From positions 115,729 through 179,728 of the forward strand of contig JAFTNZ010000009.1 in assembly GCA_017451645.1 (NCBI GenBank): a stretch of 64,000 nucleotides of DNA, given 5' to 3'. The translations under genes and the position numbers were made by a program. This stretch comes from Bacteroidaceae bacterium (GTDB lineage Bacteria; Bacteroidota; Bacteroidia; Bacteroidales; Bacteroidaceae). Under the pieces are notes generated by a model. The model was not told the origin of the DNA. It saw nothing but the letters and a program-made list of their open reading frames with translations, and did no database searches. Below, piece by piece: positions 39,655-51,565 of the stretch; position 1 is the stretch's first letter, and every line of letters begins with the position of its first letter.

Positions 39655-41034
39655 TTACTCTTCTATGCGTTCCAACTTCACAGTGAAGTGACGCATTAAC
39701 TCTGTCTCCCACACGATTCTCACACCACGTTTGATGCTGCCGCGACGATCATACACATTCTTCAGTGCGGCAGCAATCACATCCATGTGATTGTTCGTAT
39801 AGACACGGCGTGCAATACACAGGCGAAGCAAGTCAAGTCCGCCGAAACGGTTCTCGCGTGTCACAGGGTCGCGGTCTGCCAGAATGTATCCGATTTCGCA
39901 ACCACGTACACCTGCCTCTATATACAGTTCAATGGCCAATGTCTGGGCAGGGAATTCCTCCTTAGGCACATTCGAAAGCACCATATCAGCATCCACAAAC
40001 AGGGCATGTCCACCCACAGGACGCTGATAGGGAATACCGTACTCATCAAGTTTGGCAGCCAAATATTGTACCTGACGAATGCGAGTTTCTATATTGTCCA
40101 GTTCCGTGTTCTCATCCAGTCCCACAGCCAAAGCAGCCATGTCACGTCCGTTCATTCCTCCATAGGTCAGATAACCTTCAAAGGGAATACAGTATTTCTT
40201 CGCCCCCTCGTACCAGTCCTCGTGGCGCGTGGCGATGAATCCACCCATGTTCACAATGCCGTCCTTCTTAGCACTCATGGTCATACCATCGGCCAAGGAG
40301 TAAATCTCCTTCACAATTTCCTTGATGGTCTTGTCAGCATAGCCCTCTTCACGCGTTTTGATAAAGTAGGCATTCTCCACAAAACGAGCAGAGTCGTAGA
40401 TGACACGCTTGCCATACTTGTCGGCCAATGCACGTACCTCGCGCAAATTCTGCATAGATACAGGCTGTCCGCCGGCGGTGTTGTTGGTGATGGTGATGAT
40501 GATGAAAGGCACTTTATCAGCATATTCAGCCAATGCCTTCTCTAGCTTCTTCGGGTCCACATTTCCCTTGAAGGGCACCTCCAACTGAGTGTCTTTGGCC
40601 TCATCCACCGTACAGTCGAGAGCCGTGGCTTTGCGACTTTCGATGTGTCCTTTGGTTGTATCGAAATGGGAGTTTCCTGGCACTATGTCACCGTTCTTCA
40701 CCAAGTGACTGAAGAGTACGTTTTCTGCCGCACGTCCCTGATGAGTGGGAATGACATACTCAAAACCCGTCAGACGAGTTATGGTATCCTTCAGTTGAAA
40801 AAATGATGCCGAGCCGGCATACGCTTCATCGCCCATCATCATAGCGGCCCACTGACGGTCGCTCATAGCTCCGGTGCCCGAATCGGTAAGGCAGTCAATA
40901 TAGACCTGATCCGATTTCAACTGGAAGAGGTTGTAATGTGCGTCTTTAATCCACTGTTCGCGTTCTTCGCGAGTACTTTTACGGATGGGTTCAACCATCT
41001 TTATTTTCCAAGATTCTGCAAATGGTATTTCCAT
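39655..41034 (-). CDS. tnaA: Tryptophanase (beta-eliminating lyase family; tyrosine phenol-lyase not excluded)
   Basis: TDSGT, GDEAYAGS, HQGRAAE, TNNTAGGQPVS, SAKKD (PLP lysine), TYGG, RRVYT. Confidence 0.85.
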   Translation of the reverse strand: MEIPFAESWKIKMVEPIRKSTREEREQWIKDAHYNLFQLKSDQVYIDCLTDSGTGAMSDRQWAAMMMGDEAYAGSASFFQLKDTITRLTGFEYVIPTHQGRAAENVLFSHLVKNGDIVPGNSHFDTTKGHIESRKATALDCTVDEAKDTQLEVPFKGNVDPKKLEKALAEYADKVPFIIITITNNTAGGQPVSMQNLREVRALADKYGKRVIYDSARFVENAYFIKTREEGYADKTIKEIVKEIYSLADGMTMSAKKDGIVNMGGFIATRHEDWYEGAKKYCIPFEGYLTYGGMNGRDMAALAVGLDENTELDNIETRIRQVQYLAAKLDEYGIPYQRPVGGHALFVDADMVLSNVPKEEFPAQTLAIELYIEAGVRGCEIGYILADRDPVTRENRFGGLDLLRLCIARRVYTNNHMDVIAAALKNVYDRRGSIKRGVRIVWETELMRHFTVKLERIEE

Positions 41035-41291
41035 AATGATTTAATGTTATTTTTAAACGATGCTGCAAAGTTACAACTTAATTTGGAAAAACGACAGAAA
41101 ATCTGCTTGAGTTTTCAAAAAAGGGAAGCCTCCCTTTCGAGATACAGCACACATTCCCAATAGCAGCAAATCAGCTATTCCGTCAATCATTCTTGCTTCA
41201 CCCCACCTTCCGCTCTTCAGAGGATGAACTGAAAATCCCTATGCCGTTTTCCAATGATAGGAGGAAAAAATAAATTGTAAAAACTTCCGCA

Positions 41292-42020
41292 TCACACAAA
41301 GATTTCCTTCAGAACTTCTAACGAACGAAGTTGGGGAAATCCGGGCAAGTGTAAGCGGTAATATTCATTCAACACTTCGAGACAACGCACGCGTTGCAGA
41401 CGGTTGAGCGCGAAGAGATGCATATTCTCATAGTTCATGCGCATCATAACACGCACTGAGGCAGCTTCGTCGGGACGTAGAAAATTAGAGTGAAGAGGCT
41501 GTCGGAAAACAAACTCTGCATTGAGCATATCGAAATAACACCCCGGACGATAAGCCTCTAAATTGGGATAAAGCCCGAGAAAACGTAAAAGACGCATCAG
41601 AAAGACTAAATGAAAATTGGACACGCGCTCCGTTGCACACCCGTCTAACCAACGAATGGAATGCATCAGATAAGTAAAAAGCGGACGATTGGTTCCCTCC
41701 TCGCGAAGGGCATGATGAAGAAATTCACCCAAAAAAAGAGTGATAGCCAACTTGTATGGGTCTGTCGAAAGAGTATGGAGCGGATGAAGCAGACGAGCCT
41801 CTGTAATGCGGCGTAACTGGGCGGTGTTGCGTCCCTCGGCATCCACCTCCACTATAGAGAGCGGATGAAAAAGCGAACTGCGCACACCTCCCCTTCTCCC
41901 GCGGGACACCTTAATAATATAAGATAGACGTCCGGAAGCCTCGGTATAGATATTTACGATGTGCGACGATTCGCCATATTTCAAGCAATGCAGCACCACA
42001 CCAGCAGTCTTGTCTGTCAT
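41292..42020 (-). CDS. recO: DNA repair protein RecO
   Basis: GVVL...KYGESSHIV.IYT N-terminal OB fold; LGLYP; YYRLH...LRSLEVL C-terminus. Confidence 0.9.
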   Translation of the reverse strand: MTDKTAGVVLHCLKYGESSHIVNIYTEASGRLSYIIKVSRGRRGGVRSSLFHPLSIVEVDAEGRNTAQLRRITEARLLHPLHTLSTDPYKLAITLFLGEFLHHALREEGTNRPLFTYLMHSIRWLDGCATERVSNFHLVFLMRLLRFLGLYPNLEAYRPGCYFDMLNAEFVFRQPLHSNFLRPDEAASVRVMMRMNYENMHLFALNRLQRVRCLEVLNEYYRLHLPGFPQLRSLEVLKEIFV

Positions 42021-42216
42021 AGTTTCTCTACTTGTATCCGTAATGTTTGCAAAGCTACAAGAAAAAATAGAGAAAAACAAGAAAATTGACGTTTTATGAT
42101 ACAACCAACCCATCCAAAGAAGAAAAGAACAGTTTTTAACAAAGCAGAAAATCGCTGGAAATCAACATAATAAATAACACAACAAGTTTTTGAATAAAAA
42201 AAATCCCCACAAAAGT

Positions 42217-42247
42217 TTTGCAGATTAAAAAATAGTCCGTACCTTTG
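42217..42247 (+). promoter_or_regulatory. Canonical Bacteroidetes sigma-A promoter for tRNA-Glu/rpsT
   Basis: TTTG (42217-42220), 19-nt spacer, TACCTTTG (42240-42247). Confidence 0.85.
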
Positions 42248-42302
42248 CATCCGCAAATGAGAAATATGTCTCATTCACATACCGCGAAAGTGGATTCAGG
42301 AT

Positions 42303-42374
42303 GGCCCGTTCGTCTATCGGTTAGGACGAGAGATTTTCATTCTCTAAAGAGGAGTTCGACTCTCCTACGGGCTA
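42303..42374 (+). tRNA. tRNA-Glu (TTC)
   Basis: ggcccgt/acgggct acceptor stem, anticodon arm agaga-ttTTCat-tctct, T-loop gttcgac; CCA not encoded. Confidence 0.96.
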
Positions 42375-42423
42375 CAATAAGTAACAAGATTTTTAAAAGA
42401 ACAATTTTAAGAGATTAGTCGAG

Positions 42424-42678
42424 ATGGCAAATCATAAATCATCTATCAAGAGAATCAGACAAGAGGAGAAGAGAAGACTCCACAATAGATACTACGGTAA
42501 GACAATGCGTAACGCTGTGCGTAAATTGCGCGCCACACACGACAAAGAAGAAGCTTTGGCATTGTATCCAAAAGTACAGAAGATGTTGGACAAGTTGGCA
42601 AAGACGAACCTTATCCACAAGAACAAGGCTGCCAATCTGAAATCAAAATTATGCGCACACATCAGCAAATTGGGCTGA
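42424..42678 (+). CDS. rpsT: 30S ribosomal protein S20
   Basis: [13 protein letters not shown]...[13 protein letters not shown]. Confidence 0.98.
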   Translation: MANHKSSIKRIRQEEKRRLHNRYYGKTMRNAVRKLRATHDKEEALALYPKVQKMLDKLAKTNLIHKNKAANLKSKLCAHISKLG

Positions 42679-42722
42679 TTGACAGAAGGAAGCATATAGT
42701 TACACAAGATATACACACAAAG

Positions 42723-42759
42723 AAAGGACTGTGTCATGAAAATGACGCGGTCCTTTTTT
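42723..42759 (+). terminator. Intrinsic terminator after rpsT
   Basis: aaaggactgtgtcat-gaaa-atgacgcggtcc followed by a T-run. Confidence 0.85.
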
Positions 42760-42876
42760 ATTTTCCCCTTTTTTCTTTTTCTTTTTTTTGCCTGTGTGAC
42801 AAAAAATACGTATCTTTGTTCGCTTTTGTACCCCACCCCCAAAAGCACAGGCGAAATAAAAAAGCAATCAAACTGA

Positions 42877-44856
<1,980 letters not shown>

Positions 44857-44863
44857 CCAAAAT

Positions 44864-44955
44864 CGCAGATTCAACAATTTCAGACGCGGATAATACGGAT
44901 TGCTCATCTATGCCTGTCAGGTAATGATATATCCGTATTATCCGCGTCATTTGCG
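44864..44955. repeat. ACGCRGAT-type intergenic hairpin
   Basis: Perfect 18-bp arms gacgcggataatacggat (44883) / atccgtattatccgcgtc (44931) with outer cgcagat/atttgcg. Confidence 0.8.
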
Positions 44956-45007
44956 TTTGGAACAATCAGATTATCATTCACAACTTGGGATAAAGCCATC
45001 CGACAAG

Positions 45008-45063
45008 GCTCTCAGCAAACAAAAGGCGTGCCGAACCCGACACGCCTTTTGTTTGCTGAGAGC
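45008..45063. terminator. Bidirectional terminator between gyrB and wzc
   Basis: gctctcagcaaacaaaaggcgtg / cacgccttttgtttgctgagagc perfect inverted repeat. Confidence 0.85.
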
Positions 45064-45079
45064 AGTATTTCCGAAATAT

Positions 45080-47530
45080 TTATTTCTTCTTTTTCTTTCC
45101 GTTCTCGTCCAAGCCATAGACATAGCCGTAGCCATAGCGCTTGTAGCTGTAGTTATAACCATAACGTTTACCATAGCCATATTTGCTGGCACCGTAATAG
45201 CTGCCCTTCTCCAAATCCACATCATTGATAACAAGAGACATATTGGGAAGTTTCTCTTCAGCCTTCAGTTGGTTGATAAACTCGAAGTCTCCCTTCGGGG
45301 TATATCCTGCACGACATACGTAGATAGAGGCACTGGCCACACGTCCCACAAGCAACGTATCTGCCACAAGCCCCACTGGAGCCGAGTCGATGATGATGTA
45401 GTCATACACCTCAGAGAGGTATTCAAATGCCTTGTCAAGGTTCTCTTTAGCCAGAAGCTCAGCCGGGTTGGGAGGAATGATGCCGGCAGGGAGCAAATCA
45501 AGATTGGCCGACACACCGGAATTCATAATCTGACTGAATAGCAATTCCTTGTTGTTGGCATCACCGGCCAAGAATGTAGTGATTCCACGCTTCTTGTCAG
45601 TAAGTTTGAACAGGTCAACCAAACGGGGCTTGCGGATATCCAGACCGCAAAGCACCACTTTCTTTCCCAACAACGCCAATGAAACTGCCAAGTTGGAAGA
45701 GACAAAGGTCTTTCCCTCGCCCGACTGGGTAGATGTGAAAAGCACAATTTTCTTTTCCGCATCAGCCAGCACAAAGTTCAGGTTCGTACGGATGGCACGG
45801 AAAGTTTCAGCCATCAGGTCGTTGCTGTCCTCACGTACTACCACGGCACGTTCACCCTTCTCCAAATCCTTGGCACGAGGTACCTCACCCAACACACTGA
45901 CAGCAGAGAGTCTGTCCACATCAGCACGGCTGGTTACCTTGTAGTTGAGCAGATTCATAAGATAAATGATACCAGAAGGAATAGCCAGTCCCATGACAAA
46001 CGCTATCAGCCAAATCATCGAGCGCTTGGGTGAAACGGGAATGTCCTCGGCCAAAGCATCGTCAATGATTTTGGCATTGTCTGCCGTAGCTGCCAGCGCA
46101 ATGGAGTTCTCTTCACGCTTCTGCAACAGCATCAGATAGAGTGCCGACTTGATTTCCTGCTGGCGCATGATTCCCGCCAGCTCACGCTCTTGCGTAGGAG
46201 CGCTGCTGATACGCCCGCTGAACCGGTTCGCTTCGCGTTCTATGTCGCGCTTGGAGATGGTCAATCCCTTCTGCAAGTTGGTCACAGCAGTCTTCACATT
46301 GTCCAACAATCCTTCTACGATGGTTGTCACGCTCACTACAGCCGGATTGCTCTCCGATGCCGTACGCATCAACCGGTTACGTTCCAACACCTGACCGTTG
46401 TAAGCATTGATTGCCTGAGTGAGCGAAGCATCAGTCAGGCCAATGTTTGCCGGCAACACTTCAAACTTGCTCTTCGGGTCGAAGACACGCTCTGCCAACA
46501 TCTCCACCAGACGGAGCTGGGTATTGACATCCACAAGTTTCTTTTCGTAGTCCGACCCTTCGCGCAAAGCCAACTCAGCATCACTGGTCAGGTTCACCAG
46601 TCCGGCTTTCTGCTTGAACACCTGCAAGTCGCTTTCCGTTGCATCCAGGTCTTTTCCTACCAGTACGATACGCTCGTCAATGAACGCTTCGGTATTTTTT
46701 GCCACCTGATTCTTATCCTCATTGGCATCCGCATTATAGATTTCAATCAGTTTGTTCAAGAAGTCTTCTCCACGACGGCGGTTGGTGTTGACCAACGAGA
46801 TGACGGCTACCGAAGTGGTCTTCGAAGTAGGTTCCACTGTCATGCTTGCCAAGTAACCCTTGGCCACTTTCAACGGCGGCGCGATATATACCAGCAGTTT
46901 CTTATCCGGATTGAGAGGATACATCTCGTTGCGGCTGATAATCAATTTTCCGTTCGGAGTTTCCAACAGGAAAGGCAATGTCTTGGTCTCCTGTTCCAAT
47001 TCTATCTTCTCACCTTCTTTGTCGTAGGTCGTACACTCAATGCTGAAGACACTGTCCGGACTAGTAGTGATGGCCAGCGAATAGCCGTACATAAGGTCGG
47101 CCACCTTGTCGTGTTCAAGGTCCACTTGAATGGGCGTAGCCCTGTACAAGTCGCGTTTGCCGATGCTTCCCTTCTCAATGTACGTCGTATAGATTTTCAA
47201 ATCCATTACCACGTCCTTCACCAACGATTTCGTCTGCAACACTTCAATCTCGTTGTCTATACCACCCGTCGAACTGAGGAATCCCAAGTCTTCCAAGGCT
47301 ACCATCTCACTGGTGTACCCTCCCTTCTTGGTATCCTTAATCATGATTTTGGTCGTAATCTTGTAAACAGGCGTTTTATAGCGCAGATAGACAAAGGCTA
47401 CCGCCATACAAAGGATGACAGAAGCGGCAAACCACTTCCAATGCATCAGGAAAATGGAAATCAGCGATTGGAAATCTATACCCTCTTCTTCCTCTTTCGC
47501 GTAAGCGTCGTTATAAGAATTGTCCTTCAT
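45080..47530 (-). CDS. wzc: Polysaccharide co-polymerase / tyrosine autokinase (Wzc)
   Basis: Two TM helices flanking a coiled-coil periplasmic domain, STQSGEGKT Walker A, DIRKP, PPNPAELL, IIIDSAP, Tyr-rich tail. Confidence 0.93.
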   Translation of the reverse strand: MKDNSYNDAYAKEEEEGIDFQSLISIFLMHWKWFAASVILCMAVAFVYLRYKTPVYKITTKIMIKDTKKGGYTSEMVALEDLGFLSSTGGIDNEIEVLQTKSLVKDVVMDLKIYTTYIEKGSIGKRDLYRATPIQVDLEHDKVADLMYGYSLAITTSPDSVFSIECTTYDKEGEKIELEQETKTLPFLLETPNGKLIISRNEMYPLNPDKKLLVYIAPPLKVAKGYLASMTVEPTSKTTSVAVISLVNTNRRRGEDFLNKLIEIYNADANEDKNQVAKNTEAFIDERIVLVGKDLDATESDLQVFKQKAGLVNLTSDAELALREGSDYEKKLVDVNTQLRLVEMLAERVFDPKSKFEVLPANIGLTDASLTQAINAYNGQVLERNRLMRTASESNPAVVSVTTIVEGLLDNVKTAVTNLQKGLTISKRDIEREANRFSGRISSAPTQERELAGIMRQQEIKSALYLMLLQKREENSIALAATADNAKIIDDALAEDIPVSPKRSMIWLIAFVMGLAIPSGIIYLMNLLNYKVTSRADVDRLSAVSVLGEVPRAKDLEKGERAVVVREDSNDLMAETFRAIRTNLNFVLADAEKKIVLFTSTQSGEGKTFVSSNLAVSLALLGKKVVLCGLDIRKPRLVDLFKLTDKKRGITTFLAGDANNKELLFSQIMNSGVSANLDLLPAGIIPPNPAELLAKENLDKAFEYLSEVYDYIIIDSAPVGLVADTLLVGRVASASIYVCRAGYTPKGDFEFINQLKAEEKLPNMSLVINDVDLEKGSYYGASKYGYGKRYGYNYSYKRYGYGYVYGLDENGKKKKK

Positions 47531-47552
47531 AATGTATTATTCTTCGATTCGT

Positions 47553-48353
47553 TTATTTCAAGATGTTATACAATAGGGATGTCAATGAAATCATAATGGA
47601 TGTAGCCGAGAACCACAGGGTCGTACTGCTACCGATGTCAGAATTCTTGGCTTTGGCCTTGTTTGGTTCGACATAAAGCACGTCATTCTGCTGGAGATAA
47701 TAATAAGGTGAAGTGATGATGTTGGCATCATTCAGATTCAGTGCGACAACTTCCTTACGCCCTTGGGCATCCTCACGAATCAGTTTCACCCCGTCACGCT
47801 TACCGTAGATAGTAAGGTCTCCGGCCAAAGCAAGTGCCTCGAAGATATTCACCTTCTCGTTAGAGATGGTGTATGTATTCGGGCGGGCAACCTCGCCGAG
47901 CACTGAAATCTTGTAATTGATCATACGCACATTGACGATATACTTGTCATCGCTGAAGTAGGGGCGCAGACGCTGGCGGATTACCTCCTCGGCCTCACTC
48001 TTCGTCAGTCCGCCCACATGCACGGTCCCCAACGAAGGGAATTCAATGTCTCCATTGTTGTCCACCAGATAGCTCATCAGCGACGGCTGGGTAGTCAGGT
48101 TCTTACTGTGTGTGTTGATATTCGACTGGATGACCAGATTATAGGGAGCTGCAGTTTCGGGATTCTCGCTGTTTACTGTAATCGTCAACAAATCCTTTGG
48201 CATAATGCGTGCATCATACAGGTCGCTCACCTGCTGCACATTCTTCAATTCGTCACTATTCTGGATATAGGGCACTTGCTTGTAGCTGGTACAAGCCCCC
48301 AACGTCAGAAGCACAAACAGCAACGGAAAGAAATTCTTACTCGCAATTCTCAT
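47553..48353 (-). CDS. wza: Polysaccharide export lipoprotein (Wza-like)
   Basis: Lipobox LGAC; YLVDNNGDIEFPSLG, ISVLGEV, EALALAGDLT, YYLQQNDVLYVEPN. Confidence 0.92.
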   Translation of the reverse strand: MRIASKNFFPLLFVLLTLGACTSYKQVPYIQNSDELKNVQQVSDLYDARIMPKDLLTITVNSENPETAAPYNLVIQSNINTHSKNLTTQPSLMSYLVDNNGDIEFPSLGTVHVGGLTKSEAEEVIRQRLRPYFSDDKYIVNVRMINYKISVLGEVARPNTYTISNEKVNIFEALALAGDLTIYGKRDGVKLIREDAQGRKEVVALNLNDANIITSPYYYLQQNDVLYVEPNKAKAKNSDIGSSTTLWFSATSIMISLTSLLYNILK

Positions 48354-48433
48354 ATTCTTTTTCTTCAATTTAGTTATTACACCTTTAATGTTTTTCTTAT
48401 ATCCTCGTTGTGTATATATACTTTCATTCTGTA

Positions 48434-49846
48434 TCAATAAGCCATCTTCTCATTATGGAGCAACATATTGCGCACCGTCAGCCACATGATGCGGATGTCA
48501 AGCCAGAAGGTCCAATTCTCCAGATACCAGATATCTTTCCGGACACGCTCCTCCATCTGATAGAGTTCCTTCGTCTCACCACGGCATCCGCACACTTGTG
48601 CCCAACCGGTAATGCCCGGCTTCACCAGATGGCGGACCATATATTTGTTAATCAGTTCCGAGTACTCTTCCGTATGCTTGAGCATATGCGGACGGGGGCC
48701 AACCAACGACATATCCCCCATCAGTACATTGATGAACTGAGGCAACTCATCAATATTCGTTTTACGCATGAAATCACCGAATTTGGTCTTGCGCGGGTCG
48801 TGCTCGGTCGCCTGCAGAGTGTCAGCTTGGGCATTCACCTTCATGCTGCGGAACTTATAGCAGTAGAATTCCTCGCCATTCAGTCCGTTCCGTTTCTGTT
48901 TGAAGAATACCGGTCCCGGAGACGTGATTTTGATAATCACCGCCACGATGAGATAGACGAAGGGGAAAATTGTAAAGAGGAACAACGACGAACATACCAG
49001 GTCGAACAGGCGTTTGACAAACCGGTTGCCAAACTGCTGGAGCGGTTCCTCGCGTATATATAATATAGGTACATCTCCCAAAAGTTCCATGTTCATGCGT
49101 CGCTTCAAGTAGTTACGCACATTGGGCACACTGTAGAATCGTACCACATGATTCTCGCAATAGTTGATAATGGCCCGGATTTCTTTCTCTTTGTCGGAGG
49201 TCAGACAGCAATAGACATCCTGCACCCTCACATTTTCCGGAGCCTCCAGATACGGGATGACATCGGCCACCGGCCCCAACCAAGGAATCTTGTCCGGGAA
49301 GAGCGGATTCTTACTGTCGTTGAAATAGCCCAACACACGATAACCGCACGACGGGTCACCCATCATCTCGCTGTACAGTTCCAACATATTGGCATTGGCT
49401 CCCACAAAAACGACCGAATGCGTGTTACGTCCCATCCGGCGCATCTGTTTCACCACAAAACGTGAAGTCAGGCGGGAAACGAAAAGTGAGAAGCACAGCA
49501 ACGCAAAGAAGAGAAAGTTCTTGTCCAAATCGAGCAATGCATGGTCCAAGAAACCGGTACAGATCTCTGCCAGGAGGGCAAAAGCCACCACCGTAGAGAA
49601 CACCCTCCGCACAATCTCATCAGGACGCACTTTGTACATCTGCAGGATAGGAGGAAATATCGTCACACAGAACAGGTAACACAGATTGTATATCAGACAA
49701 AGTTCTTTGATGCTTTCCGACTCCCAATGAGGCATCCAAGTGGCACGCCCCGTGTAGAAGAACAAGAAAAGCAGATTGAGCACCACAATATCGAGAGCCA
49801 CAACCATCCATTTGATTACATTGTTGATTTGAGAAACCTGCCTCAT
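48434..49846 (-). CDS. wcaJ: Undecaprenyl-phosphate glucose phosphotransferase (WcaJ-like)
   Basis: N-terminal TMs; KRLFD, KFRSM, DELPQF, MSLVGPRP, KPGITGWAQ. Confidence 0.92.
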   Translation of the reverse strand: MRQVSQINNVIKWMVVALDIVVLNLLFLFFYTGRATWMPHWESESIKELCLIYNLCYLFCVTIFPPILQMYKVRPDEIVRRVFSTVVAFALLAEICTGFLDHALLDLDKNFLFFALLCFSLFVSRLTSRFVVKQMRRMGRNTHSVVFVGANANMLELYSEMMGDPSCGYRVLGYFNDSKNPLFPDKIPWLGPVADVIPYLEAPENVRVQDVYCCLTSDKEKEIRAIINYCENHVVRFYSVPNVRNYLKRRMNMELLGDVPILYIREEPLQQFGNRFVKRLFDLVCSSLFLFTIFPFVYLIVAVIIKITSPGPVFFKQKRNGLNGEEFYCYKFRSMKVNAQADTLQATEHDPRKTKFGDFMRKTNIDELPQFINVLMGDMSLVGPRPHMLKHTEEYSELINKYMVRHLVKPGITGWAQVCGCRGETKELYQMEERVRKDIWYLENWTFWLDIRIMWLTVRNMLLHNEKMAY

Positions 49847-50103
49847 AAGAAAAGTATTTTAATCGTACGATATTACCAAAACGGGACAAAGATATGAATT
49901 TTTTCTTATTCAAGACAAAAAAAACCTTTTTTTTATTCTTTCGCCCTATCTGTTTTTACATTTCAGCCATCCGAGCCGCCAAAAAGACAGGTTTTGCAGC
50001 ATTTTTTTTTCTCTTACATCGGCAAATTGGATTTAAACCCGTATCTTTGCGCACGACAATGCGATTTCAGTCGTGACACATCATCTTAAAACAGTAAAAG
50101 ACA

Positions 50104-50730
50104 ATGAGCATATTTTCTAAATTATTCGGAAAGAAAGAGTCTGAGGAAAGCGAAAAAGTGGGCGGAATGCAGGATTTCATGACACTCATCCGCGTGTATT
50201 ACCAATCGGCCATGGCAAGCAGTTTAGGAATCACCAATCTGGGATTCCTGCCAGATATGGCGGCCTTCAAGCGGTCGTTGAAAATCCCCACCCAGAACAA
50301 CAAACTGGGCATAGCCGAGAAGAGCCGGTGCAAAAAGATGCTGTCCCAGATTTACGGTATGAGCGACGGTTTTTTCAAAGAGATTGATGCCAGCATCAAG
50401 AAGAACTGCCGCAATGCCAACGACATCAAGAACTACCTGTTCCTCTTCCAGGGATTCAGCAACGATCTGATGACACTCATGGGCAACCTCATGCAGTGGA
50501 AAATCCGTCTGCCGGGATTCATGAAGAAAGCCCTCTACTCCCTTACGGAGAAAACCGTCAACGACATCCTGACCAAAGACAACTGGAAAGACAATGCCGT
50601 GCGCGTCACCTGTCTGAACATCCGGAAATACCAGCACACCTTGGGCTACAGCCAACAGTGGATGACGGAGTATGCCCACCGCATCATCACATTGGCGAAG
50701 AAAGAAAAACAGCCCAAAGAAGAAATCTAA
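50104..50730 (+). CDS. Hypothetical protein
   Basis: 208-aa ORF with host-like codon use, TATCTTTG promoter at 50042 and A-rich initiation region. Confidence 0.8.
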   Translation: MSIFSKLFGKKESEESEKVGGMQDFMTLIRVYYQSAMASSLGITNLGFLPDMAAFKRSLKIPTQNNKLGIAEKSRCKKMLSQIYGMSDGFFKEIDASIKKNCRNANDIKNYLFLFQGFSNDLMTLMGNLMQWKIRLPGFMKKALYSLTEKTVNDILTKDNWKDNAVRVTCLNIRKYQHTLGYSQQWMTEYAHRIITLAKKEKQPKEEI

Positions 50731-50813
50731 ATGTGAAAAAAGAATAAAAGAAAAGTTGTTATTTTCACTATTCGGACAAACATACCTATATTTGTGTAGA
50801 ATTTGGCATAGCA

Positions 50814-51107
50814 ATGACCGACGAAGAGAGAAATCGACTGAGCACATTCGAGGCGAGGCTGCGGCAGCTGATCTTCCTGCACGACGATTTGAAAGCCAGG
50901 CACGCCACGCTCCAACAGGCATTGGTTGAGAAGGAGCGGATGCTGGAGGAGTTGCAAGAGAAACATCGCGAATTGGAAAACAGTTATGCCGATCTGAAAC
51001 AGGCAAGGATTATCAGTATCCACGACAACGACGTCGCTGATACAAGACAACGGTTATCCAAGCTGGTGCGGGAGATAGACAAATGCCTGAAGCTGTTGAA
51101 CGGATAG
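50814..51107 (+). CDS. Coiled-coil protein upstream of zapA (ZapB-like position)
   Basis: Heptad-rich; ends LVREIDKCLKLL; first gene of an orf-zapA-rny cluster. Confidence 0.8.
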   Translation: MTDEERNRLSTFEARLRQLIFLHDDLKARHATLQQALVEKERMLEELQEKHRELENSYADLKQARIISIHDNDVADTRQRLSKLVREIDKCLKLLNG

Positions 51108-51133
51108 ATAATGACAACAGGGAGAAGCAAGGC

Positions 51134-51439
51134 ATGAACGACGATAAAAATTTGTTGAACATCCAACTGCGAGTGGCCGACATCCTTCTGCCGCTTACGG
51201 TGAAGAGGGACGAGGAAGAGTTCTATCGAGAAGCTGCAAAAAGAATCGACATCCTGTTGAACACCTACAGAGGAAACTTCCCCGAACAGAGCCGGGTGGA
51301 ATACCTGATAATGGTAGCGTTGCACCTTTCTGTTGCGTGTGTGAAACTTGAACGGAAAAACGACACACTCCCTTTCACTACGAAGATAGAGGAACTCACC
51401 CGGATGTTGGAGGATTACCTTAAAAAGGATACAGAATAA
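51134..51439 (+). CDS. zapA: Cell division protein ZapA
   Basis: I.L.VA...PLTV...EEEFYREAAKRI, MVAL, C-terminal coiled coil; precedes rny. Confidence 0.85.
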   Translation: MNDDKNLLNIQLRVADILLPLTVKRDEEEFYREAAKRIDILLNTYRGNFPEQSRVEYLIMVALHLSVACVKLERKNDTLPFTTKIEELTRMLEDYLKKDTE

Positions 51440-51475
51440 ACGGTTTGCTCGTCGGAGATACGGGAAAAGAATCAT

Positions 51476-51530
51476 CGCACCATTCCACTTGCGGAGCTGC
51501 AAAGCTCCGGAGCAGAAGGGTGCGTTTTTT
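51476..51530 (+). terminator. Terminator/attenuator-like hairpin upstream of rny
   Basis: cgcacc...ggtgcg stem with inner cggagc/gctccg helix followed by a T-run. Confidence 0.6.
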
Positions 51531-51565
51531 ATTTATACATAATTAAAAACATTAAAAACAAAAGA

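Noticed and set aside
41035-41291. TnaC-like leader peptide upstream of tryptophanase
   Set aside because: A -7 promoter element lies only about 30 bp from the start codon, leaving no room, and no suitable Trp-containing leader ORF was seen.
51440-51565. 6S RNA downstream of zapA
   Set aside because: The gap is 126 bp, too short for the long 6S rod with central bubble.
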